Shown here in pieces: positions 50,742 through 56,001 of a DNA stretch of 56,001 nt; the stretch's first letter is position 1; each line of letters starts with the position of its first letter. Location: NCBI GenBank assembly GCA_023427845.1, contig JAEYZX010000131.1:1-56001 (forward strand). Reading direction: 5' to 3'. The DNA comes from Bacteroidota bacterium (GTDB taxonomy: Bacteria; Bacteroidota; Bacteroidia; Flavobacteriales; Flavobacteriaceae). The position numbers and the translations under genes are program-made. The notes under the pieces are model-generated. The model worked only from the letters and a program-made list of their open reading frames with translations, was not told the DNA's origin and ran no database searches.

Positions 50742-52094
50742 ATGGAAAATTACAATGCACCAAAGACCTTCTGGCAATCGACAACCGCAAAAATGATGAT
50801 GGTTGGCGTCCTTACGTTAATTCTACTGATTCCGCTCTCGTTTGTAAAAGACCTGATCAGTGAACGTTCGAAAAGACAACAGGAAGTAATCGCTGAAACA
50901 TCGGCCAAATGGGGCGAACGGATTTACTTTTACGGACCGATTCTCAAAATTCCATACAAGACATACACCGAGACGCACACCATCAATGAGAAGACAAAGG
51001 AAACGGTAAAATCACGACAGGCCTCAACGAAATACGCGTACTTCTTTCCAGACGAATTAAAAAGCAATACGGTCGCCAATATGTCGACGCCACTTCAACG
51101 CGGTTTATACAAATCGAACGTTTTTACGGCTGAGATGGACTTCGCCGGAATTTATACCAAACCCAACTTCGCAATCAACAACATTCCCGATGAGGATGTA
51201 CTGTGGGAAAAGGCGACGGTTATCGTAAAGACAACCGACATGAAAAGCATTAAGAGCCAGCCTGAATTAACACTAGGTGAGAATTCGTATCTCCTCGAAC
51301 CCGTTGAAACCAATCAGGGCGATTCGGTTGCCACACTTGAAACCCGGTATGTCGATATCGAAAACCTGCGCGGCAACAAACCGGCTGCATTTAAGTTCAA
51401 AATAAAATACAATGGCAGCAACCAGATCAAGATTGCGCCAATCGGCAAAACCACCGAAGCGAAAATGGTTTCGAACTGGCACTCCCCGTCCTTTACCGGT
51501 AATTATATCCCAGATGAAAAGAACAAGAAAATCAGCGATAAAGGATTTGAAGCCCAATGGCAGGTACTGCATTTAAATCGGCCTTTCGCACAGCAGTCAT
51601 TTGAAGTGCTTCCCGATTTGAAAGCCTATTCATTTGGAGTCGATTTCATCACGCCTGTCGACGAATACCAGCAAAACGAACGCGCGGCAAAATACGGATT
51701 TCTTGTAATCGGACTCACATTCCTGATTTTCTTCCTGATTCAATCGGTCAGCAAAATCAGCATCCACATTTTTCAATATTCGATGATCGGGCTTGCGCTA
51801 ATCATGTTTTATACGCTGTTGATATCGATCACCGAACACAGCAGTTTCAGCCTCGCATATATCATTGCCGGCAGTTCGGTTGTGGCATTGATTACACTGT
51901 ATTCGGTTTCGATATTGAAAAACCGGAAATTCCCGGTATTCATCGGAATTTCGCTATCGGTTTTATACACATTCATTTATGTGATAATCCAATTGGAAGA
52001 TTATGCGCTGATCGTGGGAAGCATCGGACTGTTCCTGATATTGGCCGCTGTTATGTATTTTTCACGACGGATCGAATGGGATACGAATTCATAA
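50742..52094 (+). CDS. creD: Cell envelope integrity inner membrane protein CreD
   Basis: LISER, GPILKIPY, WHSPSFTG, YQQNERAAKYG, HIFQY, LLISITEH, LEDYALIVGS. Confidence 0.95.
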   Translation: MENYNAPKTFWQSTTAKMMMVGVLTLILLIPLSFVKDLISERSKRQQEVIAETSAKWGERIYFYGPILKIPYKTYTETHTINEKTKETVKSRQASTKYAYFFPDELKSNTVANMSTPLQRGLYKSNVFTAEMDFAGIYTKPNFAINNIPDEDVLWEKATVIVKTTDMKSIKSQPELTLGENSYLLEPVETNQGDSVATLETRYVDIENLRGNKPAAFKFKIKYNGSNQIKIAPIGKTTEAKMVSNWHSPSFTGNYIPDEKNKKISDKGFEAQWQVLHLNRPFAQQSFEVLPDLKAYSFGVDFITPVDEYQQNERAAKYGFLVIGLTFLIFFLIQSVSKISIHIFQYSMIGLALIMFYTLLISITEHSSFSLAYIIAGSSVVALITLYSVSILKNRKFPVFIGISLSVLYTFIYVIIQLEDYALIVGSIGLFLILAAVMYFSRRIEWDTNS

Positions 52095-52227
52095 TTTATT
52101 AAGTAAGCAAAATCCTACAAAACAAGAATAGTAAATGCAGTTGGTCGAAAACCTTGGCCGCGGTAGTATATCACCACAACGATTTGCTATTTTAGCCATG
52201 CCATAATCTTTAGTAGGGTTATCCAGG

Positions 52228-52262
52228 AAAAAGGGTTTGTACTTTGATGTGCAAACCCTTTT
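52228..52262. terminator. Bidirectional terminator between creD and the MFS gene
   Basis: AAAAGGGTTTGTAC-N6-GTGCAAACCCTTTT. Confidence 0.85.
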
Positions 52263-52268
52263 GAAATT

Positions 52269-54050
52269 TTATGCATGCGCCGGTTCCGATTCAATAGTGT
52301 CGACGTCGATCCCTTGTTTGCGAAGTACCGATTTTACTGCAAATGCGAAAAACATGAGGTAACAGAAACAGATCACCGGAACTATGTATGACGAATGGAT
52401 TCCGATGATATCGGCCAATTTCCCCTGGATTGGCGGAATGATCCCGCCACCCAATATCATCATCACCAAAAAGGCTGAACCCTGCGCAGTGTACTTTCCA
52501 AGTCCGATGATCGACAAACTGAAAATTGCCGGCCACATGATGCTGCAGGCCAATCCACCGGCGAGAAATGCATAAATCGCGATCGTGCCTTCGGTCATTA
52601 ATCCGATTACCATCGCCACAGCACCCAGAAACGAAAATATCAATAAGGTGCGTGCGGGTTTGTCCTTGCTGACGAAAAAAGCAATGATCTGTATGATTAC
52701 GCAGAAAACATAATAATAAAGTGGCGTCATGTCTTTTTGCGCGATCGTATTCACCAAAACAATTACAGCAAACGCAATAAGCGGAACAATCACCAAGGCC
52801 ATCGACTTTCTTTTGCCCTGCAAATTGAATACACTGATAGCACCGGCCCATCGGCCAATCATCAAACTTCCCCAGTACATAGAGATATAGGGTGCGATTT
52901 CAGAAGAAGCGTGGCTTCCGAATTCGGGCATTCGCAACAACTCGCCAAGATTACTGCCTATCGCGACCTCGACACCGACATAGGTAAAAATTGCCAGCAT
53001 TCCCAATACCAGTTGCGGGTATTGCATAGCGCCCCATCCTGCCGGCCTTTTTGTCGCACGAAAGTTGGCAAACAACAATCCGCCAATTACAACCAATAAC
53101 GCAGCCGAGAGCCAATACATCCTCTTTTGTTCAAGCGGATGCTTCAAAGCCAGGATTTGCGTTTCCTTTTCGGATATTGTATTATTGATCCTGTCAAGTT
53201 CGGGTGAAGGATTTGGATATAACGAGACTGCCAACTCTGTTTTTATCTCGTTGATTTCATATTCCAATTGAACGATTTCAACCGCCTCTTTACTTTTGTA
53301 ACTGTTGAAAACCGGCGCAAAAGTCATCGCCAGCAGGCCTGTCATCACAATAAGCGTGACCATTGCCTTGTTTGCCTTTTCCATCGGCTCGACCGATCGT
53401 CCTTCGGGAAGCCTTTTAGAAAAGAAGAATACTGCTGCCGCAATCAGGAACAGTATGCCGACGCCCAGATACAGAAAAATGACCTTATCGAGTTCAAGGC
53501 TGCTTATTTGGTCGTCGCTTATCGCAGCGGCAGTTCCAAACAATGCAAAACCTACGATTAACGGACCGATGGTGGTTCCGAACGAGTTGACTCCTCCCGC
53601 CAGGTTCTGACGGCTCGATCCGGTTTTAGGGTCACCAAGAAGCACGGCAAACGGATTCGCAGCAGTCTGCTGTAGCGAGAACCCGAGTGCAACAATAAAC
53701 AGTCCGATCAACATCCCGGTATAGACGTTTGCCTGAACCGCAACAATCATTGCTGCCGCACCTAACGCCGAGAATAAAAGTCCGTAAACGATGCTTCTTT
53801 TAAAACCCCACTGCCCTACGATATCCTTACCGTTCAATGCGCCAAATGCAAACAGCAACAAGGCACCCAGGTAGTAGGCAGTGTAAAATGCAAAATCTAT
53901 CAGCTGCGACTGAAATTGGTCGAGTGAAAAATAGCTTTTGCAAAATGGGATGAAAATACTGTTACCTGCGGCGATAAAGCCCCAAAAGAAAAAGACAGTA
54001 ATCAGCGTGTAAAGCGCCGGATAATTCGTTGATGTGCGGTTGGCATCCAT
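52269..54050 (-). CDS. FucP/GluP-type sugar MFS transporter with a central insertion
   Basis: [49 protein letters not shown] 54050 preferred. Confidence 0.9.
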   Translation of the reverse strand: MDANRTSTNYPALYTLITVFFFWGFIAAGNSIFIPFCKSYFSLDQFQSQLIDFAFYTAYYLGALLLFAFGALNGKDIVGQWGFKRSIVYGLLFSALGAAAMIVAVQANVYTGMLIGLFIVALGFSLQQTAANPFAVLLGDPKTGSSRQNLAGGVNSFGTTIGPLIVGFALFGTAAAISDDQISSLELDKVIFLYLGVGILFLIAAAVFFFSKRLPEGRSVEPMEKANKAMVTLIVMTGLLAMTFAPVFNSYKSKEAVEIVQLEYEINEIKTELAVSLYPNPSPELDRINNTISEKETQILALKHPLEQKRMYWLSAALLVVIGGLLFANFRATKRPAGWGAMQYPQLVLGMLAIFTYVGVEVAIGSNLGELLRMPEFGSHASSEIAPYISMYWGSLMIGRWAGAISVFNLQGKRKSMALVIVPLIAFAVIVLVNTIAQKDMTPLYYYVFCVIIQIIAFFVSKDKPARTLLIFSFLGAVAMVIGLMTEGTIAIYAFLAGGLACSIMWPAIFSLSIIGLGKYTAQGSAFLVMMILGGGIIPPIQGKLADIIGIHSSYIVPVICFCYLMFFAFAVKSVLRKQGIDVDTIESEPAHA

Positions 54051-54139
54051 TGATAACAGAGTTAGTGAACGATAAAATTGCTTTAAATAAAGCATTTCTG
54101 CAATAGCCGCAATTTTTAGTTATCAACGAGAAATGAACT

Positions 54140-55345
54140 TTATTCTGCCCCGTCAACGTAATCCTGGAGATAGTTGAATCGGGTGGTGAGTTTACCGCTC
54201 TCAGTGATTTTTGCCCGTTGCAGGATTCCGTTGGCATCACCGTTGAAAAAGGCCGGAATTACATGTTCCATAAACATTTCACCAAATCCTTCGCTGGCGT
54301 CTTTAGGAAGTTCGCAAGGCAAATTATCGACTGCCATCACGACAACTGCAGCCGGATGAAACATATCGACCTCTTTATTTTGTGCCGGAAGATAGCCGTA
54401 AAAAGGTTCTGCAATAGTCGAAGCGCGTAAGGTACAGGCTATTGGGCCATCAACGTCGCATGAAATATCGGCAACGACCTTTATTTTATTATCGGAAGCG
54501 TTCAGCATTTCGCGCGTGAGGATAATTGGAGCGTTGTTACCGAAAAAATGTCCGGCGATGAACATCTCGCTGACTTTGGTAAACCGCTCAAAATCGGATC
54601 TGTAATCGAGCGGGTTGTTGTAGAAATCGGATTTTCCCAGTTGCCGGCCGTCGATGCGTTTATTGTAATCCATCACGTCAATCTGCGTGTAAACGGGCTC
54701 GGAATAGATTTTGGTCAGATAGTTTTCAACCGAAACTTCTTTGATTTTCATCGCATCGAGTATTTCCTTTGCGCCGTTTCCGACTTTTCCGTGGCCGGTA
54801 AGGACAATTTTTATAGGAGGAAGTACGATCCGGCGCAGTTTTTCGATCAGGGCATCCTTTCCTGGAAGTGTCTCGGCTTTTGGCAAATTGAAAAGTTCGA
54901 ATTTTATTCCGAAAGCACGGATCCCGTTGTATGCGCCAACAATGCCGGCATAACGTCCAAACCCGATCAACCGTTTGTTATTTTCATCGACAATCGTCTC
55001 GTGGTCATACAGGTCGATATTTTTTTCGAGGATTGCTCGCAGCAGTTTTCGGTTATACGGCTGTTTTTTGATGGTATGTGAGAAGAAGAAATAGCTTTTA
55101 TTAGGGATGAGAGCATCAACAGGAACTTCCTTTACACCAAAAAGCACGTCACAATCGGATACATCATCAGAAACCTCAATTCCGAGTTCACGATATTGCT
55201 CATCCGAAAATACTCGTATATCAGAACTTTCCACTTTTACCTCGGCTTCCGGATGCTCTTTTACTAATCGTGCGACCTCTTCGGGCGAGAAAACGACACG
55301 ACGGTCGGGCGGGTTCTTTCTTTCTTTAATGATACCGAATTTCAT
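54140..55345 (-). CDS. AlaDH/PNT-superfamily oxidoreductase, lysine-ketoglutarate reductase/saccharopine dehydrogenase-like
   Basis: GVKEVP, FFFSHTIKKQPYN, GFGRYAGIVG, DISCD, VDNLPCELP. Confidence 0.82.
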   Translation of the reverse strand: MKFGIIKERKNPPDRRVVFSPEEVARLVKEHPEAEVKVESSDIRVFSDEQYRELGIEVSDDVSDCDVLFGVKEVPVDALIPNKSYFFFSHTIKKQPYNRKLLRAILEKNIDLYDHETIVDENNKRLIGFGRYAGIVGAYNGIRAFGIKFELFNLPKAETLPGKDALIEKLRRIVLPPIKIVLTGHGKVGNGAKEILDAMKIKEVSVENYLTKIYSEPVYTQIDVMDYNKRIDGRQLGKSDFYNNPLDYRSDFERFTKVSEMFIAGHFFGNNAPIILTREMLNASDNKIKVVADISCDVDGPIACTLRASTIAEPFYGYLPAQNKEVDMFHPAAVVVMAVDNLPCELPKDASEGFGEMFMEHVIPAFFNGDANGILQRAKITESGKLTTRFNYLQDYVDGAE

Positions 55346-55370
55346 ATTGTCTATTGGCTTTGTTGGCTGT

Positions 55371-55378
55371 CAAAAGTA
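55371..55378 (-). promoter_or_regulatory. -7 box (TACTTTTG) for the dehydrogenase gene
   Basis: CAAAAGTA on plus strand, 25 bp upstream of ATG. Confidence 0.55.
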
Positions 55379-55539
55379 CGCTTTACGATACCGACGTCAA
55401 AATAATTACACTTAAAAACCCAAATCGATTTACTTCCAGCGAATTAATCTTTTGATGTTGATAATTTTTAAAAACCCTTTGAAAAAGTTGACCGTTTCCG
55501 AATTACGGTTTGGTTATATTTGTGCTTCAAGCTTAAAAA

Positions 55540-56001
55540 ATGACATTTCGATTCGCCCACTATACCCTACTGATTTTACTGACATCCATTTGTTTATCCT
55601 GCGCCAAAAAAGAAAAAAAGAAGCCGATTGAAGACCCCAAACCAAAAGACACCATGGTTCGGATGGAGGCTTACGTTTTTCCGCCGGCAAATTTCGACAC
55701 TAAATATCTCGTATCAAAAAAGAACTCGATCGAGCGGTTCGTTGACAAGACCTGGCGCGAACAGGACAATTTGAGTCTGCTGGTTGCAGAAAACGGTAAA
55801 ATCATTTACGAAAAGTACCAGGGCTATGCCGACAGACGTGAAGGAACCGACATTACGCCCTCGACTGCATTGCACATTGCTTCGGTGAGTAAGGTCATGA
55901 CGGCAACCGCGATATTGGAGCTCATTGACGCAGGAAAGCTTAAACTCGGCCAGAAAGTCAATACCATTTTAAAAGATTTCCCATATGAAGACATAACTAT
56001 C
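55540..56001 (+). CDS. Serine hydrolase (beta-lactamase/class C-like) lipoprotein, 5' part (runs off window)
   Basis: Manual translation MTFRFAHYTLLILLTSICLSCAKK...HIASVSKVMTATAILELID: lipobox LSC and SxxK motif; -7 box TATATTTG at 55515-55522; absent from the ORF track because the stop is outside the window. Confidence 0.88.
   Translation, partial: MTFRFAHYTLLILLTSICLSCAKKEKKKPIEDPKPKDTMVRMEAYVFPPANFDTKYLVSKKNSIERFVDKTWREQDNLSLLVAENGKIIYEKYQGYADRREGTDITPSTALHIASVSKVMTATAILELIDAGKLKLGQKVNTILKDFPYEDITI

Noticed and set aside
53205..53245. [11 protein letters not shown] in the MFS loop resembles the T9SS CTD start TELAVYPNP of the 988-aa protein
   Set aside because: Short match inside an inner-membrane transporter with none of the rest of the CTD; treated as coincidence

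Overview
A 56 kb core-chromosome window from a Bacteroidota bacterium, almost certainly a Flavobacterium or close relative. This rests on TAnnTTTG -7 promoter boxes, T9SS-cargo proteins, the bamD-rpoZ-coaBC-DUF4835-recN cluster and Flavobacterium-type intergenic repeats. It holds about 55 genes, mostly housekeeping: miaA, rprX/rprY-like two-component pair, coaE, fabV, recN, coaBC, rpoZ, bamD, dapA, split 5'-nucleotidase, ligA, rpsF-rpsR-rplI, priA, nadC, rlmH, folP, tpiA, prmA, clpS, kdsA and creD. I see no prophage, IS, CRISPR, rRNA or tRNA. The most interesting signals are small: (1) three or four dispersed copies of a covarying structured element (Flavo-1-like); (2) a tandem trio of YhhN-like membrane proteins coupled to ligA, two of which lack the conserved Asp residues; (3) a membrane protein/wHTH/creD cassette with a duplicated palindromic operator; (4) heptamer arrays, one containing two canonical G-quadruplex motifs abutting the priA start; (5) a REP-like tandem cluster; (6) two module-shuffled GEVED/T9SS proteins; (7) an MFS transporter with a large inserted hairpin. 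All family assignments come from recognising sequence motifs; no database search was run.
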